64,000 bases of DNA from Octopus sinensis (taxonomy: Eukaryota): assembly GCF_006345805.1 (NCBI RefSeq), contig NC_043019.1:2852001-2916000 (forward strand), read 5' to 3'. Shown piece by piece: positions 38,721-50,496 of the stretch; the first letter of the stretch is position 1, and each line of letters opens with the position of its first letter. The translations under genes and the position numbers were made by a program. The notes beneath the pieces were generated by a model. The model was not told where the DNA came from. It worked only from the letters and a program-made list of their open reading frames with translations, and ran no database searches.

Positions 38721-39277
38721 TATACTAATACCAAGAAATATATAGCATTCTGCTATATAGGTATGTGAAAGATTTTTGCAAACCATTCGCCAGAATACTG
38801 TTATTATTGGTGTTTTAACACTTATGTCTAGCAGGCAGGCACAATATTTTTGGTTAAAAACTATTTTGTAATTAGGTAAATAGTTAATAGTAAGATTTAC
38901 TTATTAACCATTTGTGAGAGTAAGGTGAATGTTCATGGTCTTTGATATTGAAATATTGCTGCCGAAACAGACCATCACTGATGTAATAGATGCTAATCTT
39001 TGATATTATTATGCGACAAATTACTTTTGGTTTAATTAGGACCAACTAATTATGTAGTTGTGCATTTAAATCTGCTATATTAATAGATGACAAAATCCAT
39101 ATCTGAATAGTAAGGATGAGTTCTGGCTGTAAAACTCTGCTAATTAATAAATGCTAGATATTGATCTCTGCTCTTAACTCAAAGTCACATATTAATTTAT
39201 AAGCTGTAAGAATAAGATTCAATGACCTTCATGCTTCTTTCAGAGACAATATCGACATTAATGGATTGAAGCGACTT

Positions 39278-39740
39278 TGAGCTTGCTTCCCAAGCACATG
39301 GTTCTGGGTTCAGTTCTACTGCATGGCACCTTGGGCAAATGTCTTCTACTGTAGCGTTGAGCCAACCAAAGCCTTGTTAATGGATTTGGTTGACAGAAAC
39401 TGAAAGAAGCCCACCATATGTATGTGTGTCTCGAGCTGGTAGAAACGTTAGTGCGCCGGGTGAAATGCTTAGCAGTATTTCGTCTGTCGTTACGTTCTGA
39501 GTTCAAATTCTGCCGAGATCGACTTTGCCTTTCATCCTTTCAGGGTCGATAAATTAAGTACCAGTTACGCACTGGGGTCGATATAATCGACTTAATCCAT
39601 TTGTCTGTCCTTGTTTATCCCCTCTATGTTTAGCCCCTTGTGGGCAGTAAAGAAATATATTTATGTTTTCCCCCCCCCCACCACCACCACTTGACAACTG
39701 GTCTTGGTGTGCTCATGACCCCATAACTTAGTCATTCAGT
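39278..39740 (+). mobile_element. SINE family A with family B (39432-39657) nested in its microsatellite
   Basis: A head, short tatgtg tract, B body, then A remainder (cttgacaactgg...cataacttag). Confidence 0.8.
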
Positions 39741-40149
39741 AATGTTGAATGTCTTGTTTTCTGTGTTTACGACAGTCAAGTTTATAATTTCTGGGTTTTG
39801 TTTGTTTCATGAGGTGTAGTTTAACTGTTGCATGTATAAATTAAATAGTGTTGGAGATTGTTGCAGAGACAGTGATGGTGATGTTGTCATCATCGGCTGC
39901 GTCAGTGGAACTGTTGTTAGGGGTGGTGTGTTATTGTTGCTACTACTGTTATCCATCTCTGTGTGTTCAAACCTACCAGTCTTCTCTATTCTAGTGGGTG
40001 CATTTTTTTGTCTTCTTCTTTTCTTTCCTTTTAGAGGGTGGAGCAACTATTTGCCAATTATCTTCCTCTCCATCCCCTTCATTTTTGTTGTCACCCCTAC
40101 CTCTAAATTTCAAACCTTGTCTCTATGTTAGAAATAATTTTTTAGATTG

Positions 40150-40390
40150 AGGCATGGGCACAATCATTAGGGCACGAGGAAAAATGCCTCACAGATTTGT
40201 CAAGCTGAACCAGCCAGCTAGCAGGAGATGTAGGGGTAGACCAAGGATGAGGTGGTCTCAGATGGGGCTGCCTAAAAATTAAGAAGTATGACAACTGCTT
40301 CTGGTTAGAATCTGTGGAAGGAGTGTCAGAGGACCCTACCTGTATGGCCCTCCCACAAATAGTGAACATAAATGGATAGATGGATAGATA
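40150..40390 (+). mobile_element. RTE-clade LINE 3' end relic
   Basis: RRCRGRPRMRWS motif, gaccct, (ggata)n-like tail. Confidence 0.55.
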
Positions 40391-40405
40391 TTTGTATTTC
40401 TACTG

Positions 40406-40836
40406 GGATCTTTTCGGTTTGAACGGCAGTTTTTAAAAATAATTTCCACGTAACTAAACACTTTTAAACTTCGTATACTGGTAGAATGTGTTTATAAAAC
40501 ATCTTTTTCTCTTGGCTTTATTGAGAAAATTCTATAGTTTGTAAGACATTTGTTGTTGTTTTTTTCTTCAATTTCTGCAATTTCAACCAATCAATGACGT
40601 TTATTGAGGTAAAAAAACATTCTGTGCCATATGAATATGTCCCTCGTTTAAGAAACAGATTGGGTTTATTTACATTTCTGAAGAAAAAAAGATACCCTTC
40701 CCCTCACCCCTAAACCTAACTAACCCTAACCCTAAAACAGATTGAAATGCAATAGATCGATACTAGGGTCATAATTATGGGTGACAATTTCATATGACAC
40801 CGCTAGAAAAAACTGCCGTTCAAACCGAAAAGATCC
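40406..40836. mobile_element. Merlin-like MITE with an internal telomere-like ccctaa tract
   Basis: Perfect 29-bp TIR ggatcttttcggtttgaacggcagttttt; 8-bp near-TSD ttctactg / ttcttctg; GG termini. Confidence 0.7.
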
Positions 40837-42346
40837 TTCTTCTGAGACTTGATAGATAGAATGACAGTTATATTACTCGATTATGAAACATGAAATATTT
40901 CCTCGTTGGACTTTAATATTTTCCCCTTATTTACTATAAATACTGGATGTTATTTACTGTGAACATAAAGAGATTATCAAATTTTCTTCATAGCTTCAAT
41001 AACCAGAAATTACATCTTATGCCAAAACTATCTGATCATTTTCTAGATAATTCCAATACTTTAAGAGATGTAAATAATCCTTCACTGGGAATTAGACAAA
41101 TTGCATGTCCATTCCTTGCCAATTTTCTGCTACTATTCTTGGAGATAATTTCTCCATGAAATTTCCGACTATTATTTGTCTGCAGAATTTCTTAAATGGT
41201 TTTTTTTTTTTTTTTTTTTTTTGGTGTGGGGAGCTATTTTCAGCCTTGTCCAGTCTAATATAATCACTAATAGTCTTTTAGGGTTTAGTATTATTACATC
41301 ATCAATATTTTTTGTTTCAATTTTCATGTTTCAGTTTGTTTTGTTTTTTCCTTTTTTACTTCCTTTTTTGTTTGCAATTTCATATCTTTTGTTTTCTGGA
41401 GAATCAATCAGAAATTGTTTCTAGTTAATTGAGTCTATTTCAAGTGAAGGTCAACTGACTGACTGAATATAACACCCATTTGAGACTAGATTCATTATCA
41501 GACACATCACACATGCACACACACATCTATTATCACAATAATATAATTTATTATGTGATATTTTAAAATCATTATCCAAGTTTGTTGCTATTACCCTTTT
41601 ATTTAAATGAAATAATTACTTGTGTTTTATCGAGATTAAAACACCAAGATTATTAAGTCAACTAATTTGATGTTATGGAAAGAAAATAACCGCAATAGTT
41701 ATTACATAGCATAAATTGAAATTTTCCTGTCATGTTTTCAAAAAAAAATTTCTGACCTCAGTGTGTGTTTGTGTTTGTTTGTTTTGTGTGTGTGTGTGTC
41801 TGCGTGAATTTATTTTTAAAGCTACACCAAATACACATTTTGATTATTTCAGTTTGATCACATACTCGTGTCTATGATCAATTATGCATTTTTAAATGTC
41901 AGATTCAGTCTACAATGTTTCCTGCTTTATTTGGTATACAATTTATGGAAACATTTTCCTAGCCATTTGGCTACTTGGTTCTCATCTTTTACCAGCTGCC
42001 AACCTATCACATTTACTTCGTCTTATAAACAAAGGAAATAGATGTAAATAGATGTTAACAACTACCTCTTTTATATCCTTGAGATACTTCACCTTACCTT
42101 TGACTAGTTTCCATAGAACCAATTCTATTGAAAATCTGACATTCTGCTTTACACAACCAGGGTTCTCTTGTTGTAAATAAGTGTTGTTGTCCTTTATATT
42201 ATCAAAGCTTCAGCTGTTTCTGACATGTGAACCCCCAGTCTAAGTTATCTACCTATATCTCCATGACTCAACAAGGACGCTTCTACATAGTCATTCAACT
42301 TGCTAAAAATAACAACCAGATTTCCCCAAACCATACTGTATAGTAC

Positions 42347-42712
42347 ATCATCATCATCATTTAACATCTGCTTTCCATGCTAGCATGAGTTGAATGGTTT
42401 GACTGGGGACTGGCAAACCAGATGGCTTCACCAGGCTCCAATCTTGATCTGGTTGAGTTTCTACAGCTGGATGCTCTTCCTAATGCCAACCACTCTGAGA
42501 GTGTTGTGGGTGCTTTTATGTGCCACCGGCATGAGGGTCAGTCAGGTGGTACTGGCAACGGCGATCCTCAAATGGTGTTTTTTAAATGCCACCTGCACAG
42601 GATCCAGTCCAGCAGCACTGGCAACGACCTCGCTCAAATGCTTTTTCATGTGCCACCGGCGGTGGCACAAGTGCCAGTAATGCGAGGCTGGGAACGATCA
42701 CACTCAAATGGT
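42347..42712 (-). mobile_element. Family C retroposon with several internal modules
   Basis: (cat)n tail and repeated tttt(a/c)atg(t)gccacc units. Confidence 0.85.
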
Positions 42713-43865
42713 GCTTTAGTACGTTTTTAAAAAAGAGTTTCATTGAATAACGAAATTCTGTATTCACTGTGCCTGAATAAAGTACAGGCTGGTTAAATTA
42801 CAATGCCTTTGACCATAGATCAGATAGATCAGAGCTGATCTGATCCCAAGCTACAGCAATTTCTGATGGCACCATCTATTTCATAAACTGGAACTTTCCC
42901 ATCAAACTGTTTTATCACTGCCTGTTTCAGTTGATCCTCCTCATCGTACATTCCATCAACTGCTCTATAAATCCATGTTGTGTTACATCTCCCCCACTTG
43001 TCCCTCTGTATCATATTAATGATTGTCACAGCGGTTCGGCAAAAGAGACCTGATAGAATAAGTACTAAGCTTACAAAGAATAAGTCCTGGGGTCGATTTG
43101 CACGACTATAAGGCGGTGCTCCAGCATGGCCACAGTCAAATGACTGAAACACATCAAAGAATAAAAGAAAATATATGTATGTCTCTGTTTAGATTTTGTT
43201 TCAGTCATTACACCGTGCCCACGCTGGAGCACCGCCTTGACAACACACACACACACACACATCCATCTTTTATTCCTTAACTTCTCACACACGAGTCATT
43301 CTTATCCCAGGCATGCACCATTTATATGAAGGGATTTTGAAAACACCCTTTAACTTAATCTCTTTCACAATCCCTACAACCTTACACTAAACACTTCTTG
43401 TACATGAAGAACATAAAGCTATAGCTTACCATCTTCCTAATCTCAGATCTTACTCTCCTCACAGAGACAACCAAATCCATAACATTGTTACCATTTCATA
43501 TCAAAGGCTCTTTAAGGCCAGAAGCTACATCAGTTACATTCTGAACAACTATTTAGTTCAAGGTACAATTTATACCCTACTGCTTACATTTCTTGGATTA
43601 ATCAGCCAGTACAGAGTACATCTAAAACAAAGGCCTTATATATTAGCAAACCTTCATTTGCTAACACACGCCAACCACAAGTATATACGGTTAAATTAAG
43701 ACTCATATATGTCTTAAATGCTTAAGATTTTAGTGACCTCATATCTATGTAATTCAAAATATTAACAATAAAAATAAACCATAAAATATTTTTTTTTATT
43801 TTTGTATACTTCCATTTTATTTATATTTTGAAAGTTTTCTCCTATTCTTTTAATTACAAAGTCTT

Positions 43866-44048
43866 CGGTATTTCGTCTGCCGTTACCTTCTGAGTTCAAA
43901 TTCCGCTGAGGTCGACTTTGCCTTTCATCCTTTCGGGTTCGATAAATAAAGTACCAGTTTCGCACTGGGGTCGATGTAATCAACTTAATCCCTTTGTCTG
44001 TCCTTGTTTGTCCCCTCTATGTTTAGCCCCTTGTGGGTAATAAAGAAA
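43866..44048 (+). mobile_element. Headless family B unit (core plus tail 1)
   Basis: Starts at ggtatttcgtctgcc and ends aataaagaaata. Confidence 0.8.
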
Positions 44049-44059
44049 TATATATATGT

Positions 44060-44232
44060 ATATACATGTATACGACGAGCTTCTTTCAGATTCCATCTAC
44101 CAAATCCACTCACAAGTCTTTGGTAGGCCCAAGGCTATTGTAGAAGACATTTGCCCAAGATGCCACACAGTGAGACTGAACCCAGAACCATGTGGTTCCT
44201 AAGCAAGCTACTTACCACACAGCCACTCCTGT
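44060..44232 (-). mobile_element. SINE family A 5' half
   Basis: cttctttcag...ccacacagccactcctgtgc. Confidence 0.8.
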
Positions 44233-45244
44233 GCTGATTTTGCTTAAATGGGTGATCCAGCATTGCATACAGACATAAGATTTCCTCCATCTCTTTCTAT
44301 CCCTACAATAATTTTTACATCTCCATTAAACAAGCATAATGTACCCAATCCTCATCTGTCAAACGGAAGTCCTAAGATAATAACATTGTACAACCCTTTA
44401 TGCTCAGACCTGCAATCCCCTGAAGCTTCCTCTCGAGCTGTATTTTCGTACATTTGAAAAAAGCAACTGTGACAATCTCTCCTAGCTGAAAAGACTTGCA
44501 AAAAAATATACGAGTAGACATAGCCCTCTCTTTTGAGCATATATAATGAAACCGTTCAAAATATATTGCAAATTCTGTTTCTCCAAATAATTCTTTCAAT
44601 GAAATTATGAGAAATAAATTGCCATCACTCATAAATACATGTACACACACACACACACACACACACACATATTGACAGTTATTGTTGTTAAAATAGCTGT
44701 AGTATATCTAAAAAAAAACTTTCTTGTGATGATTGGCTGAGGTAAGTCTCTTGATAATAGGCACTATCTGAATACAATTACAACCTGAAAGTTTCTTATT
44801 AATAGAGATTAAATTGTAATAGAAATTTTTTCCACACATTCCCAAATATATCTAACTTTATAAATTCAATGCATGAGAACAAATTCACTTTGTGTGTGTG
44901 TATATTTGGCAAGATCTCAACAAAACTATGCCTAAGGGTTAATATAACACTTTGCAGTACTGGGCTTAAAATATTTCTATGAATAAACTTAGAATTGATT
45001 TTTGGTAACATGTTATTGGTTTTATGCTCTGATACCAGGAATTTAGTTCCACAATGTCACATCACTCTCTGCTGAATAGTTGATAAAAAAAAACAGGAAA
45101 AAAACCAAAAGAAATACCTTTAAGGATAGACTGCTTTTACTTATGAACAATTCTTGAATTTAGAAACTGGTTCTAGAAAAGTATATTATTAATAAAGGGA
45201 ACAGTTGTGGTAGTACAACGTTTAGGTTTGAAATGAATCAACCC

Positions 45245-45555
45245 AAGTACTTATTTTTTAAGCTTTGTACTTATTCGAGCTGTTCTGTTAAGTAAGGGGG
45301 GCATAAATAAACCAATATCAGTTTCCAAGCAGTGGTAAGGGCCAAACATAAAGACACACAGACACAGATACACACACCACACACACACACACACATAATG
45401 GGCTTCTGTCACTTTCTGTCTACCAAATTCACTCACAAACCTTTGGTCTACCCAAGATTATAGTAGAAGACACTTGCCCTTGGTGCCTTGCTGTGGGACT
45501 GAACCTGGAACCAATTGGTTTCGAAGCAAACTTCTTACCACGCAGCCCTGTCTGC
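45245..45555 (-). mobile_element. SINE family A, diverged
   Basis: Tail, (CA)n and head motifs. Confidence 0.75.
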
Positions 45556-46047
45556 ACATTTAGTTAAAATTTATTAAAAACAAAATAAAAAAAATATCTA
45601 AAAATGTTGTTAATTCTTCCTTAAGACTTCTCGAATTATCACTAAAAAGAAAATAAATAGTGCCTTGTTGCTATACACTAAAATATCTGTTATGGTATAA
45701 AATTAATATGCTCTCGAGATCTGTTTAAGGAATCAAGAATTAAATAACAAGTAAACAAGACTTGTCCTAATTGCAAGATCAATAAGTGATCAGTTTTAAA
45801 AATAGCTAAATGAAAAGAAGGCTAAGAGGATTATGTTATTAAAATGTTAAAACAATAGAAGTCTTACACCAAAATTTGTTATGTTCCAATGCTATGAATC
45901 TGGCTTAATCTCCATGCCATCATCTTGGAACGTTATCTCATGCCTTTGATTTATTTTACTTTTTCTATATTTTGTGGAAACATTTTTAATAAAATAGAAT
46001 AACACACACACACACACAAATGTTTTATTTTTCAAAAAATAATTTTA

Positions 46048-46640
46048 GGCATGGCTGTACGGTAAAAAGCTTGTTTCCCAAACACATAGTTCTGAGTTCA
46101 ATCTCACTGTGGCACCTTAGACAAGTGTCTTTTACTATAGCTTCAGGCTGACCAAAGCCTTGTGAGTGGATTTGGTAGACAAACGTTAGCACGCTGGGCG
46201 AAATGTTTTGCGGTATTTCGTCTGTCTTTACGTTCTGAGTTCAAATTCCGCCGAGGTCAACTTTGCCTTTCATCCTTTCGGGGTCCATAAATTAAGTACC
46301 GGTTATGCACTGGGGTCGGTGTAATCGACTTAGTCCCTTTGTCCCCTCTGTGTTTAGCCCCTTGTGGGCAATAAAGAAATAAGAAATTCAAAAGAAGCCC
46401 GTTGTGTGTGTGTGTGTGTGCGCGTGTGTGCGCACCTTTGTCTCTGTGTATGTTCCCTACTATTGCTTGACAACCATCACTGGTGTGTTTACATCCTTGT
46501 AACTTAATAGTTTAGTAAAAAAACACTGATAGAATAAATACTATGTTTTAAAAAATAAGTACAAAGTTTGATTCATTCAACTAAAAACTCTTTCAGACAA
46601 GTGCCCTAGCATGGCCACAGCCTAATGTCTGAAACAAGTG
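46048..46640 (+). mobile_element. SINE family A with family B (46180-46380) nested
   Basis: A head ends at ggtagac, B body follows, A resumes at aaagaagccc. Confidence 0.8.
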
Positions 46641-47114
46641 AAAGATAGAAGATAAAAGACAAATTGTTATAAACTTCAGATCTTATTGGTAAACATGTTG
46701 ATTAGATTTAACCTTTTGGACAATGGTTATTGTTAGTTGCTTCTGGTTCCATTCTTTTGTCTTTTTACAAGTTAATATGAATGAACATATTATTGTCACC
46801 ATCCCATTTCGGGGTTTGTCTCATTCAGTTTCTTTCTTCCTCATTTTACTTCTGTTTTTCATTCACATACTGTGATGGTTAACTTTGAATTTATAAATCA
46901 ATATTCTATACCAGCATCTTCCTCCATTTTATAGTTTTTTTTCTTAAATCACATAATTAAAATATATACATAATATGGTCATATTTATATTACTATTTAG
47001 CAGAAGCAACGGAGTGACTCAAAAGCTGAGAGTTTCATGCATTGACATTTATCACCAAACCTCTACATAACATGGTTCTAATTTCTATGGATTTATGCCA
47101 CAAAATTATATACC

Positions 47115-47300
47115 TATTTCTTTACTGCCCACAAGGGGCTACACACAGAGGGGACAAACAAGGACAGACAAACGGATTAAGTCCGATTATATCGACCCCA
47201 GTGTGTAACTGGTACTTAATTTATCGACCCCGAAAGGATGAAAGGCAAAGTCGACCTCAGCGGAATTTGAACTCAGAACGTAACGGCAGACAAAATACGG
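47115..47300 (-). mobile_element. Headless family B unit
   Basis: Ends at ggcagacaaaatacg, the same breakpoint as 43866 and the dimer junctions. Confidence 0.8.
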
Positions 47301-47344
47301 ATACTTAGTATTTATTTATTATGCATGTCTATTTATTGTTTACC

Positions 47345-48040
47345 TTATACTTGCTTTGGTCATTGAACTACAGCAATGCTGGAACACTGCTTTGAAGGGT
47401 TTAGTCATACGAATTGACCCTAGTACTTAGTTTTAATTCTGTTAGTCTCTTTTGTTGACCCACTCTTATTGGTGGAGAAACAAACCAACTCTGGTTCATT
47501 TGTCAAGCGATGTTAGGGAACAATCACAAAGTTACATACAAACACAGATATATATGTATGTACGTAGTCATAAAGCAAGACAGATGAGTGACAACCTGGC
47601 CACTGGTGGTGGTGCTACACACCATACTAATCATATCTGTCAGGCATGTGGAAGAGAGTGTAATTTAGCAGGAGGACTTAAACGACATGCAAAGGTACAT
47701 GAAGCCCAGTTACAACTACAGCCAGCTATTAACGGTAAAGGTTTTAGCTGCCAATTCTGTACAAGACATTGTAGATCTTTAGCTGGGCTAAAAACTCACA
47801 TTCGATCACAGCACCAGCAACAGTTAAGCTTCGTGCAATGGTCATACTCGATAATGAGGGGGCAGCCATCATGTATGTATGTATGCACACTCACACATGG
47901 TGGCCTTCTTTCAGTTTCCCTTTACCAAGTGCTCTCTCAAGGTGTTGTTTGTCCTATGGCTAGAGAAGGCACCTGCTCAAGATGCTAGAAAGTGGTGCTG
48001 AACCTTGTGGTTGAAAAGCAAGCTTCTTAACCACATAGCA
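47345..48040 (-). mobile_element. Old SINE family A split by a LINE tail
   Basis: Tail half 47345-47565, head half 47875-48040. Confidence 0.7.
47566..47870 (+). mobile_element. LINE (probably RTE-type) ORF2 C-terminus with two C2H2 zinc fingers, short 3' UTR and (ATGT)n tail
   Basis: CQAC-x12-HAKVH and CQFC-x12-HIRSQH (47638-47814), no TGEKP linker; bounded by atgtatgt on both sides. Confidence 0.7.
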
Positions 48041-49052
48041 AATAAGATACACATAAATTCAAAGAAATCCATCATGACATGTGAAGAAGATAAGGAAAAG
48101 AAGATGAAAAAAAAAAAGGAGGGGGTGAAATGGTGATAATGTTGCATACATATCAGGTAAAAAGAATGGAAACTTGGTGGTGATTAATGATGACCAATGT
48201 CAGAAGGTCAAGGTCAATCAGCACATATACAGCCAACTCACATGTCTACACCTTGAAACATATAAGACTTGCTACTAACTAAATTTCAAACAGTTACAGT
48301 GGAGCCATATTAGTGACCAGGTGAGAGTGGGCCAATGGAAGTTTGGATATTTCAAGAAATAAATGAAAAAGTTAATTTGTGTTCATGATGTCATAATGAG
48401 GATCTGATCAAAACACTTAGCAATTAAAAAAATAGGAGAAAATTTTTCAATTATAGATTAAATGTAAGTATACAAAAATAAACATTATTTTCCATCTAAC
48501 TACTAGTTTTGTTTCACTTTGAAAAATAAAAATTTATTTAATGGTTTATTATTGCTTATGTTTTGATTTACATATGTATGGGGTGGGGGTGGTGTCAAAA
48601 TCTTTTAAGTGCTTAAGGCCCCTATGGGTTTCGAATGGTTAATATCGCTCTTTCATGATCTAATTATTTCAGTTTCACAATGAAGTCTCAAATCAAGTTA
48701 CTTGGCTAGACAAACACAATTTCAAAATATTTATCTACATCTGGAAATGGTCTAAATTAATTATGTGATGCTGCTTGGCACTAATGACTTCTTATTACCC
48801 AGTGTGTTCTTTCTTAATAGATGGCAGGGCACAATCTTTAGCAACTCAAACGAGCATTCAGAAGTTCCCCTCATTGACTCAATTAGTGATTGGATTAGGT
48901 CTCCTAGTGTCTTACTATAATAGTCTATTCCTCAACATTAGGTGATGATACTTACTTCAGTCATGTTGTTTTATGTCCATTAACAAACAGACATAAAATA
49001 AATAGATGTACAGTACTAATTTGGACACTAGTCTAATTTCAGACTCATTAAT

Positions 49053-49355
49053 GGTGGAGGCACATGGCCTAGTGGTTAGAGCAGTGGACTCGAGGTCGAG
49101 GGATTGCGGGTTCAAATCTCAGACCGGACAATGTGTGTGTTTATGAGCGAAACACCTAAGCTCCACGTGGCCCCGGCAGAAGGTAATGGCGAAACCTTTG
49201 CTGACTCTTTCGCCTCAACTTTCTCTCACTCTTTCCTCCTGCATCTAGCAGCTCACCTGCAACAGACTGGCGTCCCGTCCAGCTATACGCCAAGAAACAG
49301 GGAAACCAGCCCTTATGAGCCAGGCATGGCTTGAGAAGGAGCAAACAACAAACAA
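49053..49355 (+). mobile_element. SINE family E
   Basis: TSD cagactcattaat / cagactgattaat (49040-49052, 49356-49368); (aac)n tail. Confidence 0.9.
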
Positions 49356-49394
49356 CAGACTGATTAATCTGAACATTTTATTGTAAGAAAATTA

Positions 49395-49600
49395 GAAATC
49401 TTGGTTTCAAATTTTGGTACAAGGCCAGCAATTTCAGGCTAAGGGTGAATCGATTATATTGATCTCAGTGTTTAACTGGTACTGAATTTATTGACCCTGA
49501 AAGGATGTACCTCAGCAGAGTTTGAACTCAGAATGTAACAAAATGCTGCTAGGCAATATGTCCACCGTGCTAATGATCCTACCAGCTTGCCACCTTCTGA
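49395..49600 (-). mobile_element. SINE family B
   Basis: ttggtacaaggcc...ccctgaaaggatg...gagtttgaactcagaatg. Confidence 0.75.
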
Positions 49601-49721
49601 GAAAATTCAAAAGATTAATATGATGAAAGGCTGAGAAGACCGTGGGATTCCATAGAGATGGCAGAAGATAAGAGTAGATAGTATTGTAACAGGAATGAAA
49701 CTGTTGAGGTTCCAAGAAAAG

Positions 49722-49879
49722 GTGCAGGAGTGGCTGTGTGGTAAGTAGCTTGCTTACCAACCACATGGTTCCAGGTTCAGTCCCACTGCATGGCACCTTG
49801 GGCAAGTGTCTTCTACTATAGCCTCGGGCCAACCAAAGCCTTGTGAGTGGATTTGGTAGATGGAAACTGAAAGCAGCCC

Positions 49880-49922
<43 letters not shown>

Positions 49923-50151
49923 TACATACATTCAAAATGTGACTGCGTGTGTACTGTTGGCGATTTTTTTTCCTCTGTCTTCCCTTCTCTGGATCTTTCC
50001 TTCTCCTATGTTTCCGACGAAGAGCTCCGCTTGAAATGTTAAACCCTCCTTCTTCCCTTCCTTCCTGAGCGTCCAATAATACTATATTTGTTCCACGTCC
50101 TCGCGTTGTTGTGTTTTCTCTTTGTGTTTTCATGTTTGGATTAACTATATG

Positions 50152-50210
<59 letters not shown>

Positions 50211-50420
50211 ATATGTTTGTGTGTCTGTGTTTGTTCCCCCAACATTGCTTGACAACTGATGCTGGTGTGTTTACATCCTAGTAACTTAGTGGTTTGGCAT
50301 AAGAGACCGATAGAATAAGTACTAGGCTTACAAAGAATAAGCCCTGGGGTCGATTTGCTCGACTAAAGGTGATGCACCAGGATGGCTACAATCAAATGAC
50401 TAAAACAAGTAAAAGAGTAA
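49722..50420 (+). mobile_element. SINE family A with a Penelope-like fragment (about 49921-50148) in its (TA)n
   Basis: (TA)n on both sides of a pyrimidine-rich insert. Confidence 0.85.
50010..50044 (+). ncRNA. Minimal type I hammerhead-like motif (core CCGACGA, GUU site)
   Basis: GUUU CCGACGA A GAGC ucc GCUU GAAA u GU U AAAC; stem III probably a CpG-decayed palindrome AACGUU. Confidence 0.6.
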
Positions 50421-50496
50421 TAGTGGAACCTAAATAGTGCCATTTAACCAATTATCTCCTGGTTTGTTGTATGAGAATGGGTATGGAAATTTATAA

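Noticed and set aside
42104-42130. 27-nt minus-strand microexon with an AG|GTAAGG donor
   Set aside because: Such splice-like pairs are common by chance; no homology or expression evidence
46801-46830. Hammerhead-like CTGAATGA...CCCCGAAA on minus
   Set aside because: The core has an insertion and stems II and III cannot form
47452-47988. Host C2H2 zinc-finger gene (178-aa ORF)
   Set aside because: Both ORF ends are SINE sequence, there are no TGEKP linkers, and a LINE-type tail follows
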